A model generated the notes under the pieces. The model saw only the letters and a list, made by a program, of their open reading frames with translations, had not been told where the DNA came from and made no database searches. Of a stretch of DNA of 51,209 nt, positions 13,111-25,682 are shown piece after piece; position 1 is the first letter of the stretch; each line of letters opens with the position of its first letter. Source of the stretch: Octopus bimaculoides (taxonomy: Eukaryota); assembly GCF_001194135.2 (NCBI RefSeq), contig NC_068989.1, forward strand, positions 6,248,704 through 6,299,912, read 5' to 3'. Made by a program: the position numbers and the translations under genes.

Positions 13111-13944
13111 GTGTCTGTTTGTCCCCCCAACATTGCTTGACAACCGATGTTGGTGTGTTTACGTCCCTGTAACTTAGCGCTTCAGCAAAAGAGCTCAATA
13201 GAATAAGTACTAGGCTTACAATTAATAAGTCCCTGGGGTTGATTTGCTCGACTANNNNNNNNNNNNNNNNNNNNNNNNNNNNNNNNNNNNNNNNNNNNNN
13301 NNNNNNNNNNNNNNNNNNNNNNNNNNNNNNNNNNNNNNNNNNNNNNNNNNNNNNNNNNNNNNNNNNNNNNNNNNNNNNNNNNNNNNNNNNNNNNNNNNNN
13401 NNNNNNNNNNNNNNNNNNNNNNNNNNNNNNNNNNNNNNNNNNNNNNNNNNNNNNNNNNNNNNNNNNNNNNNNNNNNNNNNNNNNNNNNNNNNNNNNNNNN
13501 NNNNNNNNNNNNNNNNNNNNNNNNNNNNNNNNNNNNNNNNNNNNNNNNNNNNNNNNNNNNNNNNNNNNNNNNNNNNNNNNNNNNNNNNNNNNNNNNNNNN
13601 NNNNNNNNNNNNNNNNNNNNNNNNNNNNNNNNNNNNNNNNNNNNNNNNNNNNNNNNNNNNNNNNNNNNNNNNNNNNNNNNNNNNNNNNNNNNNNNNNNNN
13701 NNNNNNNNNNNNNNNNNNNNNNNNNNNNNNNNNNNNNNNNNNNNNNNNNNNNNNNNNNNNNNNNNNNNNNNNNNNNNNNNNNNNNNNNNNNNNNNNNNNN
13801 NNNNNNNNNNNNNNNNNNNNNNNNNNNNNNNNNNNNNNNNNNNNNNNNNNNNNNNNNNNNNNNNNNNNNNNNNNNNNNNNNNNNNNNNNNNNNNNNNNNN
13901 NNNNNNNNNNNNNNNNNNNNNNNNNNNNNNNNNNNNATATATAT

Positions 13945-14306
13945 AAAGTAAAAAGTCAAAAAGTTAAAAGGAAGAGTAAGTACGGTGAGGCAGCTTTTTA
14001 ATTGCTACAAATGTTTCAATACATACAGATCCTTGTATATACAGGATTTAAAGTTAAGTTTAAATTAAATTATTTAACGATTTACCTGTATAAGAAGATC
14101 TATATGTATCTCCTCAGGCAATACTCAGTTGCTGTCTCCGTTAGTAAATCTAGATTTCCATGCTTCTTATACAGGTAAATCGTTACATAATTTAATTTAA
14201 ACTTAACTTTAAATCTTGTATATCCGAGGATCTGTATGTATCAAAATATTTGTAGCTGCCTAACCGTACTTACTCTTCCCTTTGACTCTTTTACTTTTTA
14301 CTTTTT
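13945..14306. mobile_element. Fold-back/MITE-like element
   Basis: Arms about 13945-14097 and 14163-14306 are highly similar inverted repeats (ggaagagtaagtacgg / ccgtacttactcttcc); 65-nt spacer. Confidence 0.8.
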
Positions 14307-14487
14307 ATTTTCACACATGAAGAATACCTCAGACTAGAATTGGTAGCATACCATAAGAATATTACTGGCTATTTGGGAATTCTAAGGGTGAACGAGCTCT
14401 ATTTGTACTCATATACGATCCTAACAGAATACACCTCAACTATGTATATATAGATAGATAGCTAGATAGCTAGCTAGCTAGATAGAT

Positions 14488-14528
<41 letters not shown>

Positions 14529-14532
14529 CCTC

Positions 14533-14577
<45 letters not shown>

Positions 14578-14616
14578 NNNNNNNNNNNNNNNNNNNNNNN
14601 NNNNNNNNNNNNNNAG

Positions 14617-14649
<33 letters not shown>

Positions 14650-15103
14650 CATACACACACACACAACAGGTTTCTTTCAGTTTTCGTCCACGAACTCCAC
14701 TCACAAGGCTTTGGTTGGCTACACGCTATAGTAAAAGACCACTTGCCCAAGGCGCCATGCAAAGAGACTGAACCTGGAACAATGTGGTTGGGAAGTAACC
14801 TTCATACCACAAAGCCACACCTGTGCTGAAACTCATAATCAAAACTGACAAAGAACCTATTTAATTCCTTTTTCAGTTACAAGTTTGAAGAATTATTACA
14901 CTTCAAACTTGGAATATTATATTAGCTTCAAAATATTATATCAACAATATTCATTATACTATTCACCAAATATCATTCACTACTATTATACACCAACAAT
15001 ATATTAAGCATAGAGACTAAGAATTCTTGCCTTGCAATACTAATAATAGCCAAAACATTTAACAATCTAAACTGAATAATAGTCTAATTCAACAATATGT
15101 CAC

Positions 15104-15159
15104 TTAGTTCCTGCAACGATACAAGTTTCTTGATAATAAGTAAAGCGGTAAAAATTATT
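15104..15159 (-). CDS. Candidate exon (NNFYRFTYYQETCIVAGTx)
   Basis: Strong acceptor cttttgtctgtgtctctcatag, moderate donor gtgaca, 56 nt, phase 0-2. Confidence 0.25.
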
Positions 15160-15520
15160 CTATGAGAGACACAGACAAAAGCACCAAAGCTATTTCCACA
15201 AGAAAACCAAGAAATGCAGTCAGAGAATGATGTAGATAGTAGAATTTCTGTGGACACATAATAGAATGATTTTCTGTACAATAGACAGTTTTAGTTTAGT
15301 AATATTTAACCACAGAGAATATCGTCTATATTCTCAACAGATAAGAAAATGGCAGATAACAATGAATGATATATAAGTATTTTAAACATGTATATTGCAC
15401 AACATAGATAAATAGATAGATACATATATACATACATACATATATACACACATACATATATACATACATATAGACATGCATACATATATATGTTTGTGTG
15501 TGTGTGTATTTGTTATTAGT

Positions 15521-15980
15521 GACAGAAAGCAGTATTAGTTAAAAATAGCAATCTATGTATCATACTGGAAGCAGATACACTGTAAAAATCTTTATAAACT
15601 GTGGCATTCATATCAAGAAAGTGTTGCTTATAGATGTATACTGTTAAAAATCACAAAAATATATTAGTATCAAAAATCATCCAGCAGCTGTGGTGGCATT
15701 TCTAAATATGTATTTCTGCTTCTTTGGGCTTCATCAGCAACAAGTATCCATCAACAACCACATGTTAAAACAAAGTCAGCCACTGCTGATATTGTAAAAT
15801 GGCAATGCCATCACTGCTGCAAGAGGATTTTCTCTAGAACTGATATATTTCTGTGCTTTTTAACACAATAAGAGATGCTTTCTTGTGACAGATACCACAA
15901 TTTATAGGGCTTTCAATGATGTATCTGCTTCAAGTATGATACACAGATAACTATTTTGAACTAACACATTTGCTTCTGTT
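15521..15980. mobile_element. Old, diverged fold-back element
   Basis: 15541-15579 versus the reverse complement of 15922-15960 matches at 34/39. Similarity extends to about 15677 and 15827. Confidence 0.65.
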
Positions 15981-16084
15981 GCAAATGAAAAAAATTTATT
16001 CAGCCTGTCAGCTAACTGCAAAGCCAGACATTTTCCTATCAATATTTTATTCTTGTTTGTATTGATGTCATGTAAAAAAAACAG

Positions 16085-16262
16085 AAAAGCACCCAGTACA
16101 CTCTGTAAAGTGGGTGGCATTAGGAAGGGCATCTAGTTGCAAAAACCAAACCAAAATAGACAATGGAACCTGGTGTGACCCCTGGCTTTGCCAAGTCCTA
16201 TCAAACCATAAAACCCATGTCAGAATGGAAGATGGTCATTAAACGATAATGATGATGATGAT
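16085..16262 (+). mobile_element. RTE-type 3' tail fragment (diverged)
   Basis: gtgggtggcattaggaagggcatctagttg...cccatgtcagaatggaagatggtcattaaacgataatgatgatg. Confidence 0.6.
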
Positions 16263-16379
16263 GAGTAAAGAAAATACATGGCAATCTCAACTGGAAAAAG
16301 AAAGTTACAGAGACATAAACACACAAACATCGGTTTATATAATTCCTAACAATATTAATAAAATCATAGAATTTGTTAA

Positions 16380-16731
16380 ATGCCAGTGCCACCTGACTGG
16401 CCCCTGTGCTGGTGGCATGTAAAAAACATCATTCGAACGTGATCATTGCCAGTGTCGCCTTATTGGCTCTTGTGCTGGTGGCACATAAAAAGTACCATTC
16501 AAGCAAAGCCGATGCCAGTGCCACCTGACTGGCTCCTGTGCTGGTGGCACATAAAAAGTACCCACTACACTCTCGGAGTGGTTGGCGTTAGGAAGGGCAT
16601 CCAGCTGTAGAAACCTTGCCAGATCGGCCTGGAGCCTGGTGCAGCGTTCTGGCTTGCCAGTCCTCAGTCAACCCGTCCAACCCATTCCAGCATAGAAAGC
16701 AGACGTTAAAGGACAATGATGATGATGATGG
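16380..16731 (+). mobile_element. RTE LINE 3' UTR fragment with about 60-bp tandem subunits and a (GAT)n tail
   Basis: Three gccagtgccrcct-actggc-c-tgtgctggtggca-taaaaa units, then ...ggcgttaggaagggcatccagctgtagaaac...cagcatagaaagcagacgttaaa...gatgatgatg. Same family at 32190-32415 (-), 35880-36060 (-) and 43005-43260 (+). Confidence 0.8.
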
Positions 16732-16812
16732 AAAGGTTATGAAGGTCCACCCAAGTAAAACAGAAACCAAAGGGGTCAATAAGTAAAAAATGGTCACTCA
16801 GTTTATTTTTAC

Positions 16813-16901
16813 CCAAACTTGCTCATAGGATTTGGGTTGAAAAAAGGATTTGGTGAATCTCAGATTCACAAGGTGCTGTGCAGTGATATTGAACTCAGAC
16901 A
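16813..16901 (-). CDS. Candidate exon (xSEFNITAQHLVNLRFTKSFFQPKSYEQVW)
   Basis: Acceptor tttgttttgcaatcatag, donor GG|gtaaaa, 89 nt, open only in phase 1 (to phase 0), NIT sequon. Confidence 0.5.
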
Positions 16902-17169
16902 CTATGATTGCAAAACAAACTTTTTTTTTACTACTCTGGTTTTGTTTCAGTTCACAGATATATTTCTGTGTACATGTAGACAAAGACAGCTCCACATATG
17001 TGCACAAGATCAAACACAAACAGCTATCACCACACATGTACAATTCTTCAAACACATTCAATATATGTGCATTCAAATATAATACACACACACAGACACA
17101 CACACACACACTGGCAGAGATCTGAGCTGATTCTTTTCTGAATGAAAAAAAAAGAGCCACATAAAAGAA

Positions 17170-17273
17170 AAACAAATCAAGACATACATACACACACACA
17201 CATACATACACACATATGTACATGTTTATGTTCATATGCATATGTGTATACACACACATACACACACATATTC

Positions 17274-17309
<36 letters not shown>

Positions 17310-17517
17310 ATAAATAAGTACACCCATGTATGTGTGTGTATCTATGTGTGTGCATATGTGTGTGTGTACATATGCATATATATGTATGTATACATATNNN
17401 NNNNNNNGTATGTGTGTGTATCTATGTGTGTGCATATGTGTGTGTGTACATATGCATATATATGTATGTATACATATATATACATATATGTATGTATACA
17501 TACATATACATATAAGT

Positions 17518-17593
<76 letters not shown>

Positions 17594-17817
17594 GCACACA
17601 TATGTATTGATATATATACATGTATATAGACATACACACAAACATACTGACATATACATACATACAAATATATGTAAATGTGTGTGTATGTGTGTGATTG
17701 TATGTGTAAGTGTAAGCATATATGTGAGATTGTGATTGTTCATATATATATATGTGTGTGTGTGTGTGCATGTGTGTGTGTGCAGAGAGAAAGATAGAAA
17801 CACATATATCAATATAC

Positions 17818-17854
<37 letters not shown>

Positions 17855-18950
17855 CTATAAACTACAAGAAATGAAAAAGTCAGCCTCAAGAGAGATAGAA
17901 CCTAAAGGAAAAATATATTTATTTCTGTTTCTTGAAGCAGAAGAAACACTTTTATCAGGATTTCTTCCAATTTCGGTACATGCTTGTTTCTGTACGCTAT
18001 CTCTGACGATAGATAAAAGATGTTGGTATGTTGTTTGATGGATTTACTTCATGTGTTCTAGAACTATATATTGAGGAATTTACCAATTCCAATGTAAAGG
18101 AGTTTTATTGGTAGTAGAAGATGAAGAAGAATATATATGCCGAGTAGATAACTATATGAATCGAGATGTTTGTCTGATTGGCAGCCAGGTTTAATAACAT
18201 ATACGTGAACACATGTCTATCTGTCTCTCTGTGTTTATGTATGTAGCTATGTTTATGTATGAATGTATGTGTATGTGTATGTATGCATGTATGTATGTAT
18301 GTATGTGTGTGTATGCATGTATGTACATATGTATGTATGCATGTATGTAGGTATGTATGAGCGTATCTATGTATGTATATGTGTGTATGTATGTATGTAT
18401 GAGTGTATCTATATATGTATATATGAGTGTGTATGCATGTAGGTATGTATGAGTGTATCTATGTGTATATGCGTGTATATGTATGTATGAGTGTATCTAT
18501 GTATNNNNNNNNNNATGTATGTAGGTATGTATGAGCGTATCTATGTATGTATATGTGTGTATGTATGTATGTATGAGTGTATCTATATATGTATATATGA
18601 GTGTGTATGCATGTAGGTATGTATGAGTGTATCTATGTGTATATGCGTGTATATGTATGTATGAGTGTATCTATGTATGTATATATGTGTGTGTATGCAA
18701 GTATGTATGTATGTCTGGGTGTGTATGTGTATTTTTGAATCTATGTATGATAGCATGTATGTATGTGTATGTGTGTGTATATATGATTGCATCTATGTAT
18801 GTATATATGTGTATGTATGGAAGTGTATAAACATGTATGTATGTATGTATGTATGTATGTGTGTATGTATGTTTGAGTGTCTGTGTGTATGTATTTATGA
18901 ATCTATGTATGATGGCATGTATGTATGTGTATGTATGTGTGTGTGTGTGC
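17170..18950. repeat. (CA)n/(TA)n/(TATG)n compound microsatellite fields (non-repeat island at about 17855-18220)
   Basis: Directly visible. Similar fields at 7850-8320, 33770-34090, 34750-35420, 37960-39080, 41500-42200, 42600-42850 and 45000-45380. Confidence 0.9.
17866..17901 (-). CDS. Candidate small exon (xSISLEADFFIS)
   Basis: Strong acceptor atatttttcctttag, weak donor gtagtt, 36 nt, phase 1-1. Confidence 0.3.
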
Positions 18951-19406
18951 ATTCATTTCTTGCTCTTTTCAATTTAGAATAAAATTTGGCCAGACACCCA
19001 CTTGGTAGTTATATTGTGAAAAAAAAAAGCATCTTGCTTTGTAGATCATCCTTAAAATCATTAGAAGATCTTGCAGATTTTTATTGTCCCTTGATATCAA
19101 AATCAATTCACTCACAGAATTATGATAAAAGACATTTGGCCAAGGAGCCATGTAATGGGACTGAACCTTAAACCCTGTGATTAGGAAGCCGGCTTCTTAA
19201 CCACACAGCTACACTTCTGCCTAAAAACATAAAAAAGATGGAATATTTGTGCTGGATATGGACGGTTTGAATGCTAAACTTTTAATGCTGTTCGACAGTG
19301 CTAGAGGAGTGACATCATCAGAAGATGTGAGAAACATTGTGACATCCATGGCAAGCTGTGCACAGAATAATGGGTATGCATATCTGCTATCTTCCAGCTT
19401 GTATTC

Positions 19407-19836
19407 TTTTACTTTGTGTAAGTCATCAGAATGTGGCCATGCTGGGGCACTGGTTTGAAGAATTTTAGCCAAAGAAATCAACCTCGGTGCTTATTTTTAT
19501 TCTAAGCCTTGTAGTTAGTCTGTCAGTCTCTTTTGCGAAACCATTGAGTTACGGGGACATAAACACACCAACACCTGTTGTCAGGCAGTGGTATGCACAA
19601 ATACATACATAAACACACACACATACTCACACATGTGCACACGCACACACACGCATGCACGCAGGCACACACACACACACACACACGACTGGCTTCTTCC
19701 AGTTTCCATCTACCAAATCCACTTACAAGGCTTTGACCAGCCTGAAGCTATAGTAGAAGACACTTACCAAGGTACCAACCAGTGGGACTGAACCAGGAAC
19801 CATGTGGTTGGTAAATAAACTTCTTACCACACAGCT
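19407..19836 (-). mobile_element. SINE family A, near full length
   Basis: Reverse-complement match to 22816-23262. Confidence 0.85.
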
Positions 19837-20189
19837 GTATTATTTGAAGTCTTCCTGTACAAGGTCACTGGTTTCTAATAAAAATATAACACTCCATTCT
19901 TGGAATTTAGATAAAAATCAATGTCACATTTTGAACTTGAGAAAAGTCTTGCATATTTTTACTGTTCCACTTATAGATTGTATTTGTAATGTGTGTGTCA
20001 ACTGGTTGATTTCTTTTTTCTGAAAATCCTAGCTTTTCCTAATTGTCACTTAGGCATTTATCACCAAAACCAAAAGTACCAATTATTACCAATTATTATT
20101 GGTTAGTATAAATGTGAATTTATGATCTGGGTATAGAAACTGAAGGTTTCAAATCAGCATGTATATACATATGTATGTATGTATGTATG

Positions 20190-20261
<72 letters not shown>

Positions 20262-20324
20262 CGCATGTATGTGCATATGTATGAATGTATATATAAGTGT
20301 GGATGGAAATGTGTGAGTCTAAAC

Positions 20325-20381
<57 letters not shown>

Positions 20382-20819
20382 TATGTGTGTGTGTACTGAT
20401 ATGTTTCTATGTATGCATCTGTCTGTATGTTTGCACGTACGCACGTATGTTTGTATTGCTTAATTTCAAGCAAGATGGCTTGGCTGAGCAAGATGGCTGT
20501 CGCCCTAAATTTCTAGCTGTGACCCATTGTTCATTACGTTTATTACATAGTTTAAGATCACAGTATTACAATATAATATCAACCACACCAGTCATCCATT
20601 CATTGATATATATTTATATTGATATATGGTCATGTCTAATTGATTGTGTCTACAGAGAAGCTAGTCTGACTTTGGGCCATTATAGCTCTCTATAAATAGT
20701 ACTTTTATATATTCCCATCTCTCACCAGCTCTTCTTCTTCTTCTTCTTCTTCTTCTTTTATTCATCATCCTCTAACCAAACGATGGTTTAATATAAGAAT
20801 CTTTACCTTCCACTCACCT

Positions 20820-21139
20820 CCTTTGCTCTCTGTGTCTATCTATCTGTCTATCTAGCCATTAATTTATTTATCTATCTTTCTATCTATCGATTTACCTGTC
20901 CATCCATCCGTCCATCCATGTGTTCATCTATTCATCCATATGTCTATCTATCCATCCATCCATCCATCCATCTATCTATGTATCCATCCATTCATCTATC
21001 TATCTATCTGTCTGTCTGTCTGTCTGTCTATCCATCTGTCAGTCTATCTGTGTTTATCCATCCCTCAATCCAGCTATCTACCCAACCATCTATCTATCAT
21101 CTATCCATCTGTCTGTCTGTCTATCTATCTATCCCTTTC

Positions 21140-21171
<32 letters not shown>

Positions 21172-21650
21172 CCCCTCCCCCTCTCTCTCTACCTGGCAAC
21201 AATTTATGTTTCTACCTTTGGCCATCATCTCTAACATGCCACAGGCTGTATTCACCACCATCATCTTCAATGCCTCCATCACCATTATCCAAAACTATCT
21301 CCTTGTAAACCAACTCTCATTGTCCTATTTTCAAACTCTCTCTCTAGTTTTATCTTTACCTCCTTTCTCTTTAGTTTACTGTATCTCCCTCTCTCTCTCT
21401 CTCTCTCTCTCTCCTTCTTATGTTTCTCTCCCCTCCTTTCTCTACAGCTTCTTGTCTCTATTTCTCTAATTATTTTTTGTTATCTTTCTCCTCCATCCTC
21501 TGTGGCTTACTGTCTGTCTGTCTGTTTGTCTGCTTGTCTGCCTCTTTTATCTTTCTCTCCTCTCCTTTCTCTACAGCCTACCTCCCCATCTCTCCATCCT
21601 CTACCCACCTCTACCCACCTCTCCCCACCCTTTCTCTTGCAACAAACAAA
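20820..21650. repeat. (TCTA)n/(TCCA)n/(TCTG)n/(TC)n pyrimidine-rich tract
   Basis: About 800 bp of strongly pyrimidine-biased plus strand. Confidence 0.9.
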
Positions 21651-22329
21651 GGTCTCTAAAGATAATCTCCAGGAACGGTGAGTTAGTGATGGTTCACATC
21701 AGCAAGAAGCTGATCGGAAATGTAAACTGAAAAGATATGTGAACGCTGGTGTGTTATCAGATGAAATAAAAACAAAATGTTAACAATAGAACCCTTTATC
21801 GAAGTAGGACTGATCTGTGTTTGTATGTATGTTTGTGTGCATGCACGTGTGTGTGTGTGTGTGTGTATGAGAGAGAAAAAGAGAGAGAGATGAACAAAGG
21901 TGTCAGGAAAGGTGATCTGGCAGAGAAGATGGTGATTGGAAGATATAGGTCACAAGAGAAAGAACATGGAAGAGGAAGAAATATTTAAAAAGATACCAGG
22001 ATGTCATATAAATAGATAAACACATAAACGAAGTCTCTTATGTCCTTTTGTGATGTCCAGAAGGCTTCAGGCATTGTGTATAAGTTTGCTGGTGTTTGTT
22101 TTGTAAATGTCATACATGTGTTTATATTTGCATATATTTCAGATCAGTTTCCTTTCAGTATGTTATACTCTTAGTAAAAACACACACACACACATGCACT
22201 TATCCATTCTTTTGACTGGTCATGTTTTCAGTAGTTCTGGGTTTCCTGTAAGGCTCCTCACCAGGCAAGCCTAGTGCAGGTGCTAGTTTAGTTGCTGACA
22301 ACCTGACAATGCAACAGGTTGTACTAGTC

Positions 22330-22700
22330 CCCATGATACCAGTAACACTCATGAGAGACCTCACAACTGACCTGACAAAAGGATGGACAAATCTAGTATA
22401 GGCTCAACAACTATCTGGCAATAGCACTGGCCCTAGGAAATGTCAGGTTGGTGTCCAGCATGCTGGAAGACTGGAATGAGGCTCCCTCATTTTTTCTTAA
22501 AGTTTGTCTTTGAGAGAGGGTCACTCTGATATAAAACTGGATATGCAGGAAATGGCATTGAACATTTTGGGGGTTTTGCTTATGCTTGATATCTTGGTAC
22601 TTCCACATACCTGAGCTGGCAGCCCATAATGGCATTGGATAATTTTGCTCCACCTTATTTCTGAGTCATGTCAATAGGGTAGAGAGGGCCTGCGAGGTGC
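22330..22700 (-). pseudogene. Possible highly decayed LINE ORF fragment
   Basis: Scattered RT-C-terminal-like peptides (IMGCQLRYVEVPRY; VVEPILD) across frames with stops. Higher GC than flanks. Confidence 0.25.
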
Positions 22701-22815
22701 TGTGCAAGCCTTAGTTGAGTCCCAGATTAATGCCTTACAGAATTTAATTACATTCGTTTATATTCTTAGTGCCAATACAACCTGGGTGTTCAGTGAAATG
22801 AATAAATATATATAT

Positions 22816-23262
22816 AGGCGCAGGAGTGGCTGTGTGGTAAGTAGCTTGCTTACGAATCACATGTTTCCAGGTTTAGTCCCACTGCGTGGCACCTTGGGCA
22901 AGTGTCTTCTACTAAAGCCTTGGGCCGACTAAAGCCTTGGGCCGACTAAAGCCTTGGGCCGACTAAAGCCTTGGGCTGACTAAAGCCTTGTGAGAGGATT
23001 TGGTAGACGGAAACTGAAAGAAGCCCGTCGCATATATGTATATATGTGTGTGTGTTTGTGTATCTGTGTTTGTCCGCCTAGCATTGCTTGACAACCGATG
23101 CTGGTGTGTCCATGTCCCCGTCACTTAGCGGTTCAGCAAATGAGGCCGATAGAATAAGTACTAGGCTTACAAAGAATAAGTCCTGGGGTCGATTTGCTCA
23201 ACTAAAGGCGGTGCTCCAGCATGGCCGCAGTCAAATGACTGAAACAAGTAAGAGTAAAGAGT
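22816..23262 (+). mobile_element. SINE family A, full length (tRNA-like head, internal (TG)n, (GAGTAAA)n tail)
   Basis: Head aggcgcaggagtggctgtgtggtaag (A-box-like) and ggtttagtccc (B-box-like). About 20 homologous copies or fragments in the window. Sits within (TA)n. Confidence 0.9.
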
Positions 23263-23678
23263 ATATATATGCATACATGCATTTATGTTTTCTCTTTCTT
23301 TTTCCGTATTTATTTCTCTAACCAAGTCTCCAAAAATTCACCACATACATACTTACATACACATACATGCATACACACATACTTATATGCACATACATGC
23401 ATACACACATACATACACACACACATACATACTCACACATATACATACACACAAACATACAGGTTCAAAATAATGAAGAACATTTTCTTCCTAATTCAAC
23501 TCCAAATTTTTTCCTCTACCTCATATATATTTAAACTGCATGAATATTGAGTGCAAATAAATCATTCATGATGAATCTCTCAAAATGCGATCCAAGTGCT
23601 AAATAAATAATTATCCAAAATTCTGACTTCCTCCTTTTTCTTAATTTGTAAAATCTGTAACAATCTACACATGCACAC

Positions 23679-23790
23679 ACACACATTAATGTGTGTATAT
23701 ACATACACACATATATATATAACATGCATATATATATACACAAACATACATTAAATATACACTTTAAGAATACACATACACCAATCCAGA

Positions 23791-23828
<38 letters not shown>

Positions 23829-23915
23829 CATACATACATACATGAATGGATTTATCTCTTCACATATACTCAGATACACAGACACATACACACACATTAA
23901 TGTGTTTATATACAT

Positions 23916-23969
<54 letters not shown>

Positions 23970-24125
23970 CATGCATATATATATATACACATACACACTA
24001 AACATACACTTTAAGAATACACATACACCAATCCAGATGCATATATATATATATATATACATACATACATGAATGCATATATCTTTTCACATATACTCAG
24101 ATACACAGACATATACACACACATA
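23679..24125. repeat. Tandem duplication of an approximately 210-bp microsatellite-rich unit
   Basis: cactttaagaatacacatacaccaatccagatgc and cacatatactcagatacacagac each occur twice. Confidence 0.85.
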
Positions 24126-24705
24126 TACACACCTATGCAAACTCATACATACACAGAACATTCTTTTCTTCTCACATAGACACACACACACACACACACA
24201 TACACACTCGCTCGCACACACAAGTAAAATAACCAAAAACAAATAGGTAATGTCACAGAATTTTACCAGCAAAATGACAAAGAATTTTCCATTTTGTCTT
24301 TTTCCTTCTTTCCTTTCTTCTTCTTCCATTTGGTCTCAAATGCGAAAAGATATTAATATCATCCAAAAGACAGAAAGAAACGCCTTCCTTCTTCTACAAT
24401 AACATTCCATTCAAGACAAACTAAACCAATATTTTTAACAATGTTGAACCCAAAAGTCAATGAAGACAATAGCATTCAAGTTTGGCTTTAGCATTTCAAT
24501 GGTTAAACAATGCTTTGCTTGCTGAATTTTTCAACAAGAAAATTGCACACAACTGATGTCCAAAGTATAAAAAAAAAAATGTCAAACTATTCAACATTTT
24601 CTGCTTCATTGCATTTGTTCAATGCCACTAACATTTCCAGTAGATGGTTAAGGTCAACAGAAGCAATGAGGCATGAAAATGTTTACTCTTAGCACTACAC
24701 TAGTA

Positions 24706-24736
<31 letters not shown>

Positions 24737-25682
24737 CCATACATTTTTTTTAATATCCTGGAAGGAGTAAGGATTTTTTCTTTAGTACTGTTTGTTTTAT
24801 TTTTATTTCATTATTTTTTTCTTTTTGTGTACTGTTTGATTTTTAAATATTTATTTTTTTAATGCCCACCTTCAAATATGTATTTATTTGTTTGTGTTTT
24901 TTTAATTTTAACTTATGCCTGATTTATTTAACGAACATCATTATTACTATCATCATCATCATCATCATCATCATCAAATGAGTCTTCCTTTCTTCTCCAT
25001 CATCTTCCACCACTTAATCTCATCTTCTTTCTCCTCCTCCTCCTCTACCTTCTCCCTACATCTCTTTCTCCTCTTTTGCCTCTTTTTCCTCCTCCTCCCC
25101 ACTTCTTTGTCTCTTCCTCAAGTCCTCCCCTCCCCTCCCCCTCCTCCTCCTCCTCCCTTTTCAATGTTGGCAGAATTACTACAGCCTCAAAAGGAAACTG
25201 CTTTGCAGTATTTCTTTCTGGATCTTTACTTCACAAGTTCGAATCCCACACATCTCAGCTTTTTCCCTTCCATCCTTCTGGGATTGATGCAATAAAATAA
25301 CAGTAAAATACTGATGATTTAGCTGACTAACACCAAATTGTGACATTCTGACTCTACTTTTTCTCTTTTTTTTCCATTCTTTTATTTGTTTCAGTCATTT
25401 GACTGCGGCCATGCTGGAGCACCACCTTCAGTCGAACAAATCGACCCCAGGACGTCTTCTTCGTAATCCTAGTACTTATTCTATCAGTCTTTTTCACTGA
25501 ACTGCTAAGTTATGGGGTCATAAACACACCAACATCAGTTGTCAAGAGATGATGGGGGGACAAACGCAGACACATAAATACATGTATATATATACGATGA
25601 GCTTCTTTCAGTTTCGATCTGCCAAATCCACTCACAAGGCTTTGGTCAGCCTGGGGCTATAAGCAGAAGACACAACAGGACA

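Noticed and set aside
15735-15900. Plus-frame WQCHHCCKRIFSRTDIFLC resembling a zinc finger or piggyBac Cys-rich tail
   Set aside because: Cys/His spacing is wrong, stops follow, and the segment is explained as the spacer and arm of a fold-back.
16380-16560. Regularly spaced direct repeats suggestive of a CRISPR-like array
   Set aside because: They are tandem subunits of the RTE LINE 3' UTR, found at several places in the window. There are no unique spacers and the context is eukaryotic.
16813-17901. SEA-domain assignment for the candidate exons
   Set aside because: The resemblance (xSISLEADFF, FNIT..LVNLRF) is superficial, and the GS[VI] motif depends on an unknown upstream exon ending in G. 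It needs an HMM search.
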